From the NCBI RefSeq assembly GCF_044704955.1, contig NC_091986.1, forward strand, positions 90,706,001-90,770,000: a stretch of 64,000 nucleotides of DNA, read 5' to 3'. Positions 39,151 through 52,163 of this stretch are shown piece after piece. The notes under the pieces are model-generated. The model was not told the origin of the DNA, did not search any database, and saw only the letters and a list, made by a program, of their open reading frames with translations. Position numbers and translations under genes: made by a program. Source of the DNA: Pristiophorus japonicus. Its lineage: Eukaryota. The stretch's first letter is position 1; every line of letters starts with the position of its first letter.

Positions 39151-39359
39151 TTGCTGCTCTTTTGCTCCATTCAAAATCTTACTATTTAAGGTGTATTTCC
39201 TTTCTTGATCTCAAAAAAAATGTTTTCACACTTTGTTTCTAAATCGAATGGTAACAGTCAATTGTACACCTGTATTACTAGCCGAGCAGAAAGAGGAAAA
39301 AAAGCATATTGCCTTTCCAATTATGTACTGTGTTTGTGTCTTTTTTCCTTTGATAACAG

Positions 39360-39443
39360 AGGAAAACTCCCCCTTGATGAAATGGAATTTTGGATTTTAA
39401 TAGGTGAACCAAGTAAGAAACATCCAGCCATTCACTGCAAAAA
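39360..39443 (+). CDS. BIVM: BIVM coding exon: (R)[27 protein letters not shown](K)
   Basis: Pyrimidine tract + CAG acceptor, GTAAGT donor, phase 2/2; BIVM peptide. Confidence 0.95.
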
Positions 39444-39969
39444 GTAAGTTTGACATTTAAACATTATGTTGCTCACCATGGGTACAATTTTGGCCATGAC
39501 TTGCATCAATTTTTTTGGAGTAAGTTGTTTTTTGCCCCCCCCAAAAAAATTTGCTCCAGCATAAGTCAGTTAGGTATGATTTTTTTTTTAGGTCCTTTTT
39601 TTTTTCAAAAGGGGGCGTTCCCAGACACGCCAGTTTTGACCATGTATGCCACTTTGGCCAGCAAAGACTTGCTCCAAATTGACTTAGGTCAGCATATGTG
39701 GCCAGCTCTGAAAAACCTTGCGGGCAGTGAACAAAAAGCAGCGCACATTCGGCAGGGACAGGGGAGGGAAGGGAACTGGAGAGGACGTCAACAATCAAGC
39801 ACCAAACACTGCAAGGAAAAGCTCAAACAATTAAAATACTAATAAAAATGAAGTAAATCCTACCTTAATCTTTGAAGTCGGCCTGGGAAGGCAGTAGGCC
39901 GGCCAGTGCGTGAGGCCAATCGGCCTGGGATAGGGGAGGGAAGACGCGTACCGGGAGTCCAGAGCGACC

Positions 39970-40240
39970 GGAGAAATGCTAGCTGCTAACCGCGATGTCA
40001 CCGGGGGTGGGGGTGCGGGGGGGGAGGGCGGGGTGGGGTGCTACGCAGAGCGACTGGAGAAATGCGAGCTGCTGGCCGCGATGTCACAGTGGAGGGGGGG
40101 GGCGCTACGCAGAGCAACCGAACGCAGCATCGGTGGGTGTGAGAAATGCAAGCTGCTGGCCGTGATGTCACCGGGGTGGGGTGGGGTGGGGAGGGTAGAG
40201 AGAGAGAGAAATGCTGCCCGTGATGTCACCGAGGCTGGGG
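39970..40240. repeat. About 4 degenerate GC-rich tandem units (GAGAAATGC.AGCTGCT..CCG.GATGTCAC...) upstream of the transposase
   Basis: Motif recurs at about 39971, 40057, 40141 and 40206. Confidence 0.7.
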
Positions 40241-40423
40241 GTGGGGGGGTAGGGGGAAGGAGAGGAGGCAGGCAGGTCACAAGACCCGGGGGTGGGGGGG
40301 TGACAGGGGGGGGTGGAGGAGAGGACAAAGGACCTTTGGGTGTGGTCCATCTGGAGAGAGAGAGAACTGCAAACCTGTGCTGTGCTGCCTGCTTTGACCT
40401 TCTTTGAAAGTTTAACTTTAAGT

Positions 40424-41610
40424 ATGGGGGCAGTACTCACAATGCCATACCTTTTGCGAGAGTTCTGCATCATTGTGCTACGTAGGAGACAATTGATTAG
40501 AGCTCATCACATCAGGAGCATCAGAACCCGTAGGCTGCTGGGCAGGAGGGCTTACCCAGCTCGGCAATTTCGAGTGAGGCATTCTTACCTGCACCTGAGT
40601 GATGCAAAGTGTGTCAGAGGCTGTGTTTCCGCAAAGAAGTTGTCCGTAAGATCTGTGACTTGCTGAGACCAGACCTACAGCCGAGAAGCAGCAGGTGGAC
40701 TGCTTTGTCAGTTGAAGTGAAGGTTACAGCTGCACTTTCCTTCTATGCCTAGGGATCGTTTGAATCTACAACTGGAGATGTGTGTGCCATCTCTCAACAG
40801 GCAATACATGTCTCTAGTCGCCAGGTCACGGCTGCACTGTATGCACAGAGGAAAGACTTCATCAAGTTCCCAATGACCGCCCAAGCAATGTATGAGCGGG
40901 CTGTGGTGTTCTCAAGGATCACTGGCTTCCCAAAGGTACAGGGCTGCACTGCGAGCACCTTTGGAGGATACTGAGATGTACAGGAATAGAAAAGGCTTCC
41001 ACTCCATTAATGTGCTGCTCATGTGTGACGACATGCATCGCATCATGTCAGTCGATGCACGATACCTTGGCAGCACCCATGATGTGTTCATCCTACGCGA
41101 CAGCTTTATATCTGAAATGTTTGAGCAGCAGCCATAAGGGAAGAACTGGCTACTGGGAGACAAAGGGTACGGCCTCACCACCTGGCTCATGACTCCCCTA
41201 TGCGTAACCCGGACGGAAGCTGACCATCAACACAACAAGTTGCACATTGCGACGCGTAGCATCATAGAGAGGACCATTGGCATCTTGAAACCGCGTTTCT
41301 GATGCCTGGACCATTCCGGAGGCTACTTGCAATACGCCCCTGAGATTCTCGGTCAATTCACTGTTGTGTGCTGCATAACTTAGCCATCATGAGGCAGCAG
41401 CAGCTGGTATTGGAGGAAGGCCCACCTGAAGAGAGAGTGGCTCATGATGATGGTGTGGAAGATGTAGGTGGCAGAAGGAGGATGAGGAAACCATGCAAGT
41501 ACCTGAGGCCGGAGCAGGACGTTGGAGGAGGGCGGGCCACTGTGCCCTCTTAACGATTGCTCGAGCCTTGCGCCAGCAGCTCATTTGTGAACGCTTTAAT
41601 GATGACTGAG
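40424..41610 (+). pseudogene. Harbinger (HARBI1-like) DDE transposase pseudogene
   Basis: KVTAALSFYALGSF; GFPKVQG; YRNRKGFHSINV; GSTHD; LLGDKGY; IERTIGILK; frameshifts, stops, and loss of the IDCTH segment. Confidence 0.9.
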
Positions 41611-41952
41611 GGCCCAGCGATAACTATTCCGCATGGACATGTTTATTTTTTGGAGCTGTTCCTAATCTTGTGTTGTGTTAATGGAACATGATTCAGTTTT
41701 AATGTAAAATATATTTTATTCAAAACTTTGCAACGTACTTAACTTTAGTGTAATAAAAATATTCTTGTATTAAACTTTACTCTAAGATCACTTAAATGTT
41801 AAGATCACTTATAAACTTGTAATGTTACATAACTTACAAGAAAAATCCAATGTGAGAACATTTAAACTTTAAGTTCACTTATAAATGTGTAAAGTTACTT
41901 AATTTACAAAAAACATCCAGGATAGTGTTAAATCCAAGGAAGATGCATATAA

Positions 41953-44444
41953 TCATTAAAGATGAAATAGCAGCACATTTGGAAAGCAATGACAGGATCA
42001 GACCAAGTCAGCATGGATTTATGAAAGGGAAATCATGCTTGACGAATCTTCTAGAATTTTTTGAGGATGTAACTAGCAGAGTGGACAAGGGAGAACCAGT
42101 AGATGTGTATTTGGACTTTCAAAAGGCTTTTGACAAGGTCCCGCACAAGAGATTGGTGTGCAAAATCAAACCACATGGTATTGGGGATAAGACACTGACG
42201 TGAATAAGGAACTGGTTGGCAGACAAGAAGCAGAGAGTCGGGATAAACGGGTCCTTTTCAGAATGGCAGGCAGTGACTAGTGGGGTGCCGCAGGGCTCAG
42301 TGCTGGGACCCCAGCTCTTTACAATGTACATTAACGATTTAGATGAAGGAATTGAGTGTAATATCTCCAAGTTTGCGGATGACACTAAACTGGATGGGGG
42401 TGTGAACTGTGAAGAGGACGCAAAGAGGCTGCAGGGTGACTTGGACAGATTAGATGAGTGGGCAAATACATGGCAAATGCAGTATAATGTGGATAAATGC
42501 GAGGTTATCCATTTTGGGGGCAAAAACACGAAGGCAGAATATTATCTGAATGATGGCAGATTAGGAAAAGAGGAGGTGCAACGAGCCCTGGATGTCATGG
42601 TTCATCAGTCACTGAAAGTTGGCATGCAGGTACAGCAGGCGGTAAAGAAGGCAAATGGTATGTTGGCCTTCATAGCTAGGGGATTTGAATATAGAAGCAG
42701 GGAGGTCTTAATGCAGCTGTACAGGGCCTTAGTGAGGCTTCACCTGGAATATTGTGTGCGGTTTTGGTCTCCTAATCTGAGGAAGGACGTTGTTGCTATT
42801 GAGGGAGTGCAGCGAAGGTTCACCAGACTGAATCCAGGGATGGCTGGGCTGTCATATGAGGAGAGACTGGATCAACTGGGCCTTTATTCACTGGAGTTTA
42901 GAAGGATGAAAGGGGATCTCATAGAAACGTATAAGATTCTGACGGGACTGGACAGGATAGATGCGGGAAGAATGTTCCCGATGTTGGGGAAGTCCAGAAC
43001 CAGGGGACATAATCTTAGGATAAGGGGTAGGCTGTTTAGGACTAAGATGAGAAACTTCTTCACTCAGAGAGTTGTTAACCTGTGGAATTCCCTGCCGCAG
43101 AGAGTTGTTGATGCCAGTTCACTGGATATATTCAAGAGGGAGTTAGATATGGCCCTTATGGTTAAGGGGATCAAGGGGTATGTAGAGAAAGCAGGAAAGG
43201 GGTACTGAAGGAATGATCAGCCATGATCTTATTGAATGGTGGTGCAGACTCGAAGGGCCGAATGGCCTACTCCTGCACCTATTTTCTATGGCTCCAAGTT
43301 TCCACACGCGGCAAAACGGGCGCCCCTCCGTGCTGGGTGCCCGTTTTTCGCGCCGAAAACGGCGCCTGAAAAAAAACGTGCTATTCTCGAGCGCTTTGCA
43401 GCTCGATGTCTGCTTGGTGTGGCGCACAGGGGGCGGAGCCTACCACTCGCGCCAATTTTGTAAGTAGGAGGAGGCGGGTACAATTTAAATTAGTTTTTTT
43501 CGTGCCGGCAACTCTGCGCGTGTGCGTTGGAGCGTTCGCGCACGCGCAGTGTGAAGGAAACATTGGCACTCGGCCATTTTAAAAAGTGCTGCAGAAAAAG
43601 TAAAAATTTGTTTATTGAACCCTTGCAAAGGCTTGCATTTTAATTTTCTTGATATTTCTGTGTGTGAGGGTGAGGGAGTGCATTCTGTAATTAAAGATAG
43701 ACTGTGATAAACGGGACACATGCACTTGTTTGAGACTATTCAAATTCTTTGTAGCTGTTCAATTTTTAAAATGTTTTAATAAAACCACATTGCCCTTCCA
43801 TGATCAGCACTGAGGCTTCTTGCAGCTTTCTCCCCCTGCCGTCCGTCGGGCCCGACGGCAAACGGCTGCCTCAAGTAATGAGGCTTCCTGCAGCATTCTC
43901 CCTCCCTCCCCCTGCCGTCGGTCGGTCCCGACGGCAAACCGCTGCCTGAAAGGCCTGCCTGAAGCACTTTCACACAGGTAGGAACATGGTTTATTTAATC
44001 TTTTCTTTGCTTATAAATTTTTATTCAGGTTGAATTTATTTGTATAATATTTGTATAAGTATAACTAAGGATTTATTGTAGAATTTAATGACTTCCCTTC
44101 CCCCCCCCTCCCCCCCACCTCGTTCCCGACGCCTAATTTGTAACCTGCGCCTGATTTTTTAATGTGTAGACAAGGTTTTTTCAAGCCTACAAAAATCTTC
44201 ACTTGCTCCATTCTAAGTTAGTTTGGAGTACGTTTTCACTGTGGAAACTTTCAAATCAGGCGTCAGTGGCCGGACACGCCCCCTTTTGAAAAAAAAATTC
44301 TGTTCAAAAGTGAAACTGTTCTACCTGACTAGAACTGCAGAAAACTTAAATGTGGAGAATTCCGATTTCTAAGATACTCCGTTCTCCACCAGTTGCTCCT
44401 AAAAATCAGGAGCAAATCATGTGGAAACTTGGGGCCAATGTTTC
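41953..44444 (+). mobile_element. CR1 (inner copy) nested in the outer CR1; its tail is interrupted by a MITE
   Basis: ORFs 41925..42203 and 42216..43208; TATAA duplicated at 41948-41952 and 44445-44449. Confidence 0.9.
43290..44436. mobile_element. Harbinger MITE family B (1147 bp)
   Basis: TIRs GGC(T/C)CCAAGTTTCCACA; inserted in a CR1 tail; closely similar to 55885-56955. Confidence 0.9.
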
Positions 44445-47032
44445 TATAAATTGGCCAGAAAAACCAGCAAACCAGAGCACTGCGAGAATTTTGTAATACA
44501 GCAGAGGAGGACAAAGGAGGGGGAAAATAGAGTATGAGAGGAAGCTTGCTGGAAAAATAAAAACTGACTGCAAAAGCTTCTATAGATAAGTGAAAAGAAA
44601 AGGATTAGTGAAAACAAACGTAGGTCCCTTGCAGTCAGATTCAGGTGAATGTATAATGGGGAACAAAGAAATGGCGGACTAGTTAAACAAGTACTTTGGT
44701 TCTGTCTTCACGAAGGAAGACACAAATAACCTTCCAGAAATACTAGGGGACCGAGGGCCTAGTGAGAAGGAGGAACTGAAGGAAATCCTCATTAGCCGGG
44801 AAATTGTGTTGGGGAAATTGATGGGATTGAAGGCCAATAAATCCCCGGGGCCTGATAGTCTGCATCCCAGAGTACTTAAGGAAGTAGCCCAAGAAATAGT
44901 GGATGCATTGGCGATTATTTTCCAACAGAGTCTTGACTCTGGATCGGTTCCTATGGACTGGAGGGTAGCTAATGTAACACCACTTTTTAAGAAAGGAGGG
45001 AGAGAGAAAACGTGTAATTATAGACTGGTTAGCCTGACATCAGTAGTGGGGAAAATGTTGGAATCAATTATTAAAGGTGAAATAGCAGCACATTTGGAAA
45101 GCAGTGACAGGATCGGCCCAAGTCAGCATGGATTTATGAAGGGAAATCCCGCTTGACAAATCTTCCAGAATTTTTTTGAGGATGTAACTGGTAGAGTGGA
45201 CAAGGGAGAACCAGTGGATGTGGTGTATTTGGACTTTCAAAAGGCTTTTGACAAGGTCCCACACAAGAAATTGGTGTGCAAAATTAAAGCACATGGTATT
45301 GGGGGTAATGTACTGACGTGGATAGAGAACTGGTTGGCAGACAGGAAGCAGAGAGTCAGGATAAACGGGTCCTTTTTAGAATGGCAGGCAGTGACTAGTG
45401 AGGTGCCGCAGGGCTCAGTGCTGGGACCCAAGCTATTTACAATATACATTAATAATTTGGATGAGAGAATTGAGTGTAATATCTCCATGTTTGCAGATGA
45501 CACGAAGCTGGGTGGCAGTGTGAGCTGTGAGGAGTACGCTAAAAGGCTGCAGGGTGACTTGGACAGGTTAGGTGAGTGGGCAAACGCGTGGCAGATGCAG
45601 TATAATGTGGATAAATATGAGGTTATCCACTTTGGTGGCAAAAACACAAAGGTAGAATATTATCTGAATGGCGACAGATTAGGAAAAGGGGAGGTGCAGC
45701 GAGACCTGGGTGTCATGGTACATCAGTCATTGAAAGTTGGCATGCAGGTTCAGCAGGCGGTGAAGAATGCAAGTGGTATTTTGGCCTTCATAGCAAGGGG
45801 ATTTGAGTATAGGAGCAGGGAGGTCTTACTGCAGTTGTACAGGGCCTTACTGAGGTATCACCTGGAATATTGTGTTCAGTTTTGGTCTCCTAATCTGAAA
45901 AAGGACATTCTTGCTATTGAGGGAGTGCAGCGAAGGTTCACCAGACTGATTCCTGGGATGGCAGGACTGACATATGAGGAGAGACTGGATCGACTGGGCC
46001 TGTATTCACTGGAGTTTAGAAGGATGAGAGGAGATCTCATAGAAACATATAAAATTCTGACGGGACTGGACAGGTTAGATGCAGGAAGAATGTTCCTGAT
46101 TTTGGGGAAGTCCAGAACCAGGGGACATAGTCTAAGGATAAGGGGTAAGCCATTTAGGACTGAGATGAGGAGAAACTTCTTCACCCAGAGAGTTGTTAAC
46201 CTGTGGAATTCTCTACCGCAGAGAGTTGTGGATGCCAGTTCATTGGATATATTTAAGGGGGAGTTAGATATGGCCCTTACGGCTAAGGGGATCAAGGGGT
46301 ATGGAGAGAAAGCAGGAAAGGGGTACTGAGGGAATGATCAGCCATGATCTTATTGAATGGTGGTGCAGGCTCGAAGGGCCGAATGGCCTACTCCTGCACC
46401 TATTTTCTATGTTTCTATCCAATGTGAGAACAGTTAGTGAAGTGACATAAACAACAAAAACAACAACAGCAAAGAAAGGCTGCACCCATCTCTCATCCCC
46501 CTTAGTCGAAAGCCGCCCACTGTGCTTGGTCTTGGGCTCCACGACCCCTGCCCGCAGGCGGTGGCGCAATGTTTCTGGGGTACACACCAAGATTCTTCTT
46601 TCTAACATCTCGGCCACTGGGCACCTCTTGAGGTTGGGTGGGTGTCAACGTCGCGTGACAAGTTGGAGGGACCAGGCGGCAAGCTGGAGGCCGCGGCCTT
46701 GGCCTGTTCAGAGCTTGGTGCGGGAATTGGAGTGGGAGTGGCAGTTGATTCCGTCAATGGGCACGAGGTCTGGGTGTGTTCCCTTATTGCAGCAGCTAAC
46801 TCAGACATTCCCTCCCTCATGGCCTGTGTCATTTCAACTGTCGTCCTTTCCACTACCTCTGACATTCCATCTCTTATGGCCACCATTTCCTCACTGATGT
46901 TAGCGGACGTGGTTCCCATTTCTCATGCCATTACTGTTACTTCTCCCGACATTCCCACTACCTCCTCAATCAGCCCAGTTATGGTGTCCAGGAGTGATCG
47001 GGTAAGCTCAACGTTCTCCCCACCCAATTCCA

Positions 47033-48549
47033 TCATCTGAACCACATCTGTTGCATCCTGCATCCCAGGAGAGCGTGGTCCATGTCTCCTTCCCCTCCCC
47101 CTGGATCTGGCTCGCGGCATCCCACTGGGAGGTGCACTCTGGGACTTGGGACCCTGGGTGTTCCCTGCTGGTTTGCACCAGCACCACCACCACCACTGCT
47201 GGGACCTGTAACTTCGGAAGGTGGGGCCGCAGGTATGCAATGCTGCGGCACAACACCACCACCACTGGGACCTGCAACCTCGACGGTGGAGGCATGGGTG
47301 TGCAATGCTGTGGCACAACACCACCACCACTGGAACCTGCAACCTCGACGGTGGGGCCACGGGTGTGCAATGCTGTGGCACAACACCACCACCACTGGAA
47401 CCTGCAACCTCGACGGTGGGGCCACGGGTGTGCAATGCTGTGGCACAACACCACCACCACTGGAACCTGCAATCTCGACGGTGGGGGCATGGGTGTGCAA
47501 TACTGTGGCACAACACCACCACCACTGGAACCTGCAATCTCGACGGTGGGGGCATGGGTGTGCAATACTGTGGCACAACACCACCACCACTGAGACCTGC
47601 AATCTCGACGGTGGGGCCACGGGTGTGCAATGCTGTGGCACAACACCACCACCACTGGAACCTGCAATCTCGGACGGTGGGAAACCATAGAATGTCGAAC
47701 CACTAATCACGGAAGAGCCTGGCAAGTGAGATATGTTGACCTCCTCAAGATTCAGTAGAAGACTCCTGTCATCGAACCCCTCCCGCATCCACTCAAAGTG
47801 CCCCTCACGCCCATGTTGTTGTGGAGGGTTACTCTCCTCTTCAGGCTCGTCCACGTCTGAATCTTGATTTGGATCATCAAGAAGATTGTCCTCAAGTTCT
47901 GCAACATATAACAGAACAGTGAAATGGTCAGCAGCAGAGGAGGGGGCAGGATGGGTGGCATGGTAGACTCACACATAGCAGGCCAGGCAGCAGGTTGATT
48001 TGAAGGGCGACGATGATTTTTCATGACTTACCCACTTCCTCATCTGTGGGCCCAGCTTGAGCAATACTGATGGTTTTTCTCCAGGCAGGACCCACCAAAG
48101 CAGCGACCCTCTCTTCCAAGGGTGTCAGTGGGTGCAGATTTGCTGGTCCTCCTCCTGTTCTAGTTGTTTCCCTTTTGTTGTGAGACAGTTTCTTCTGCAA
48201 AGATTAAAATGCAACTTTTTAGAGAGCGTGTCTTTCTGCTGGGTGGGACATATACAGATGGTCACATTTACAATTGAAATTACATTGAATAAATGGAAAT
48301 ATTACTTACACTAACTACTTGACCAAGGTCCTGCCACTTCGTTTTACACTGCCTTCCAGATCTTTTGTTGATCACCAATCCGCAGAATTCTTCTGCAACT
48401 TCATTCCAGCATTTCTTCATCTCTTTGGGTGGCACTTTTGTGTGACCTCTGCTGGTATCCAGGTGCTGCCATCTGTTCTCAATGACAGTAACCAGTGACT
48501 CGACTTCGTCAGGCAAGAAATTCTTTGTTCTTGGTGTACGTTGCTGCAT
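47033..48549 (-). CDS. Harbinger Myb/SANT-like DNA-binding protein, spliced (exons 48549-48310, 48194-48032, 47898-47033; about 422 aa open; native C-terminus frameshifted)
   Basis: RTKNFLPDEVESLV...RW...CWNEVAE...QCKTKWQDL trihelix/MADF-type domain; GTAAGT donors and CAG acceptors with matching phases; KRETTRTGGGP linker; further coding-like sequence to about 46600 in a shifted frame with a stop at 46923. Confidence 0.75.
47207..47680. repeat. Minisatellite: one 66-bp unit, six 65-bp units and a partial unit
   Basis: Unit starts at 47207, 47273, 47338, 47403, 47468, 47533, 47598 and 47663. Confidence 0.95.
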
Positions 48550-49059
48550 TATTGCTGCAACTGCTCGGAGACACTAACAGCACTTTTGCAATGCTCTGAG
48601 ACACTTTTCCACTGCACTTAATCAAACTATGATTTTTAAAAAGACACAGTCCTCTGAGACACTTAACAGCACTTTTGCAATGATCCCAAACACTTTTCCA
48701 GGCATGCAACAGTTAATTTCAGCAAACAACACAGACAAGACATTGCTGCTTGCATTCAGCACTTAATTCACTTCAGAGCTCGCCTTCCAGCACGTAATGA
48801 ATAGCAGCTGCAATGCACTTTAAAAATGGGTGAGTGCCAAGTTTCGGCGCTATTGCGATGCGCGCACATCGGGCCGACACCACTGCGCATCCGCACTTCA
48901 GAATGCACGCCATGTTGGAACTCCAGGGACTCAGAAGAGCGGACAGGATGGGGCGACTTTTTTCCGGCACCATTTCCAGCGCGCAAAGTCGCCGCACTTA
49001 AGGTAAGTGCGCCGAAAAAAGGGATTGGGCAAAATTGAGACCCATATAAATAGACGACA

Positions 49060-49385
49060 CTCTGAGGTCCCCCTGATGGTTCAGCTGGGTAAAAGGATGA
49101 GTACCTGAGCCGTACAAAACAGAAAGCTCCAAAGTTTGATCACAAGTCTACGCTGAGCTAACTATCTCAGCTGGGTAAAAGGGTCCTGTTCCTGATCACT
49201 ATCCAGTAACTGTGTGTGAACAAGCATCAGATGAGGAGAGGATTGGGCTAAATTCTGGTGAGCCCTGTGGTTGAAGAGCCAGCTAAGATTCTGTCTCGGC
49301 TCACAGAAAAAAAATGGTCACTTGAAAAAGAGTGCACCTGTGGAATTACCCCAACACGGAGTCAACGCCTTAAGGGAAAAAAACT
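49060..49385 (+). mobile_element. tRNA-head SINE
   Basis: A-box-like TGGTTCAGCTGG and B-box-like GTTTGATC; body shared with three minus-strand copies; A-rich end. Confidence 0.6.
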
Positions 49386-49534
49386 GATAAAAATTAGGTC
49401 ATAATTTTAATTTTAAGTACTATATTAATTTAGTCTGTTAGCACATTAATAAGGAAGTGGAGGGGCTGGTGGAGACAGCAGAACACTTTTTTAAAAAAAA
49501 AGCAAGGTAGCACAATTTCAATATTATGCAGTCC

Positions 49535-50550
49535 TCAGGGCTCAGCACTAGGTCCCTTACTTTTTGTGGTATATATCAATGATTTAGACTTCAATGTAGA
49601 GGGCATGATTGAGAAGTTTGCAGATGATACAAAAATTGGCTGTGTGGTTGATAGTGATGAAAAAAGCTGCAGACTGCAGGAAGATATCAAAGGACTGGTC
49701 AGGTGGGCAGAAAAGCAGCAAATGGAATTCAATCCAGAGAAGTGTGAGGTAATGCATTTGGGGAGGACTAACAAGGCAAGAGAATACACAATAAATGGTA
49801 AGATACTGAGAAATGTAGAGGAACAGAGGGACCTTGGAGTGCATATGACCACACATTCCTGAAGGTAGCAGGACAGGTATAAAAGGTGGTTAAGAAGGCA
49901 TATGGGATACTTTCCTCTATTGGCCGAGGCATAAATTATAAGAGCAGGGAGGTTATGCTTGAACTATATAAAACACTAGTTTGGCCGCAGCCTAGAGTAC
50001 TGCATACAATTCTGGTCACCACATTACAGGAACGATATGATTGCACTAGAGAGGGCACAGATGAGAATTACGAGGATTTTGCCAGGACTGGAGAATTTTA
50101 GCTATGAGGTAAGATTGCGTAGGCTGCATTGTTTTTCTTTGCAACGGAGGAGGATGAGGGGAAACTTAATTGAGGTGTCTAAAATTATGAGGGGCCTAGA
50201 TAGAGTGGATAGGAAGGATCTATTTCCCTCAGCAGAGAGGTCAATAACCAGGGGGCATAGATTTAAAGTAATTGGTGGAAAGATTAGAGGGGAGTTGAAG
50301 AGAACTTTCTTCACCCAGAGGGTGTTGGGGGAGTGGGTGGGTCTGGAACTCACCCGTTGAAAGGGTGGTAGAGGCAGAAACTCTCATCGCGTTTAAAAAG
50401 TACTTGGATATGCACTTGAGGTGCTGTAACCTACAGGCCAACAGATCAAGAGCCGGATAGTGGCAAGATAACTCTTTTTTTGGCCGTCACAGGCACAATG
50501 GGCCAAATGGCCTCCTTCTGTGCCGTAAACTTCTATGATTCTATGATTTA
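49535..50550 (+). mobile_element. 5'-truncated CR1
   Basis: KFADDTKIG; LELYKTLV; tail TTCTATGATTCTATGATT. Confidence 0.9.
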
Positions 50551-52163
50551 GCCCTGCAGCTGACATTTTTAATTCCATTTTGAGTATCTGCCTCAGAAAA
50601 GTGATGTGCTAACCACAATGGCAATCAATGTGACCTCAATAATATTCAGTTCACTGACAGGCATCTCTATGTAGATGTTGGAGTAACCTGCTACCACGCA
50701 GAAAAAGCTGGCTGGTTTGTGCATCAGTGTCATACGTAGAGTGAGTACAGAGTCAACATGCTCAACTATCTGATCTCTGATTTCATAAGGCGGTGCAGTT
50801 GAAAATATATTTTCAGCTGGTATAAAGTAGAACGCGCAGCAAGTATCTCAGTTTTAATGCACTTAGCCCGTATATGATGTGGATGTTTGGTGAGTGAGTT
50901 GAAGTTCTGGCTGAAAGACTGGTGTGGGAGGCAAGGGTTTTGTTTCATGGACAACTGTCACCAGTATTGGGGAAAGAAGGAGCTGTTTCGTTGGGACGGG
51001 CTCCGCTTAAACCGGGCTGGAACCAGTGTCCTGGCAAATCCAATAACTAGGGCAATAAGCTAATGAAGGTGGGGTGGGAGGATTCAGGAAAGAGTAAACT
51101 TAAAAGCAGCAAGAGAAATGTCACGGCTCTAGAGCAGAGCAAAAGTTTAGGTAAAAATAAGCAGAGTGGGTCAGGAAGAGACAAAGAGAGTAACAAAGGT
51201 TTAGAGTATCTCTGACAAAGGTGACACCAGGGAAAAATAGAAAAAAGTCAAAGCTAATGGCACTATATCTGAATGCGCAAAGCATTTGCAACAAAATAGA
51301 AGAATTAATAGCTCGGATGGAAATTAATAGGTTTGATCTAATAGTCATTACAGAGACATGGTTACAAAGTGACACGGTTGGGAACTAAATATTCTAGGAT
51401 ACTTAATGTTTAGAAGAGATAGGCAAAATGGAAAATGAGGAGGGGTAGCCCTGATGATAAAGAATAGGATAAAGACAGGAGAGAGAAAAGATCTTAGCTC
51501 AGAAAATCAAGAAGTAGAACCAGCTAAGTAACAGCAAGAGGTAGAAAATATTGGTGGAAGTTCTTTCTAGGTCCCCAAACAGTAATTGTAATGGCGGGCA
51601 GAGTATAAATCAGGAAATTAGAGATGCATGTAACAAGGGTAATACAGTAATCATGGGAGACTTTAATCTACATATAGACTGGGCAAACCAAATTTGCAGC
51701 AATAGTGTGGGGGACGAGGTGATGGAATGCATACAAGATAGCTTTCTGGATCAGTATGATGAGAAACCAACTAGGGAACAGGCTATTTTAGATCTAGTAT
51801 TGTACAATAAGAAAGGGTTCATTATTAACCTTGTAGTATAGGGGCCTTTAGGTAAGAGTGACCATAATACAATAGAATTTTATATTGAGTTTGAAAGTGA
51901 TTTAGTTAAATCTGAAACTAGGATCTTAAATCTAAACAAAGCAAACTTCGTAGGTAATTGGTACGAATTGGCTAAGGTAGATTGGAAAACTACATTAAAA
52001 GATATGACGGTAGACAAGCAATGGCTGACATTTAAAGAATTAATACATAATTTACAACAAATATACATTCCTTTAAGGAACAAAAAAAACAAAGGAAAAG
52101 TGGTTCAACCGTGATTAACGAGAAGTTAAAGATAATATTAGATCAAAGGAAGTGGCTTAAAAT

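Larger units (their letters stand above)
41920..46416 (+). mobile_element. CR1 (outer copy), 41920-41952 + 44445-46416
   Basis: DSVKSKEDAY|KLARK rejoins across the inner insertion; ORFs 44806..45156 and 45196..46329; ATCCA duplicated at 41915-41919 and 46417-46421. Confidence 0.9.
39480..49043 (+). mobile_element. Autonomous-type PIF/Harbinger DNA transposon (degenerate) with nested CR1s and a MITE
   Basis: Imperfect TIRs GGGTACAATTTTGGCCA / GGGTCTCAATTTTGCCCA; convergent transposase (+) and Myb/SANT (-) genes; element is continuous across 41920-46416. Confidence 0.85.

Noticed and set aside
39205-39447. 80-aa stand-alone ORF
   Set aside because: Only 39360-39443 is coding (BIVM exon); the rest is intronic
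40424-41610. Domesticated host HARBI1 gene (also 54148-55200)
   Set aside because: Multiple frameshifts and stops, and both lie inside TIR-bearing elements within an intron
47207-47680. CRISPR-like regular array
   Set aside because: Units are near-identical over their whole length with no unique spacers; there are no cas genes and the context is eukaryotic
47051-47706. His/Cys-rich + strand ORFs (QHHHHW, CCGTTPPP) as novel metal-binding proteins
   Set aside because: They are shadows of a stop-free minisatellite confined to the array, antisense to the Myb gene
49060-49140. tRNA gene
   Set aside because: Only degenerate A/B boxes with no cloverleaf; it is the head of a multi-copy SINE
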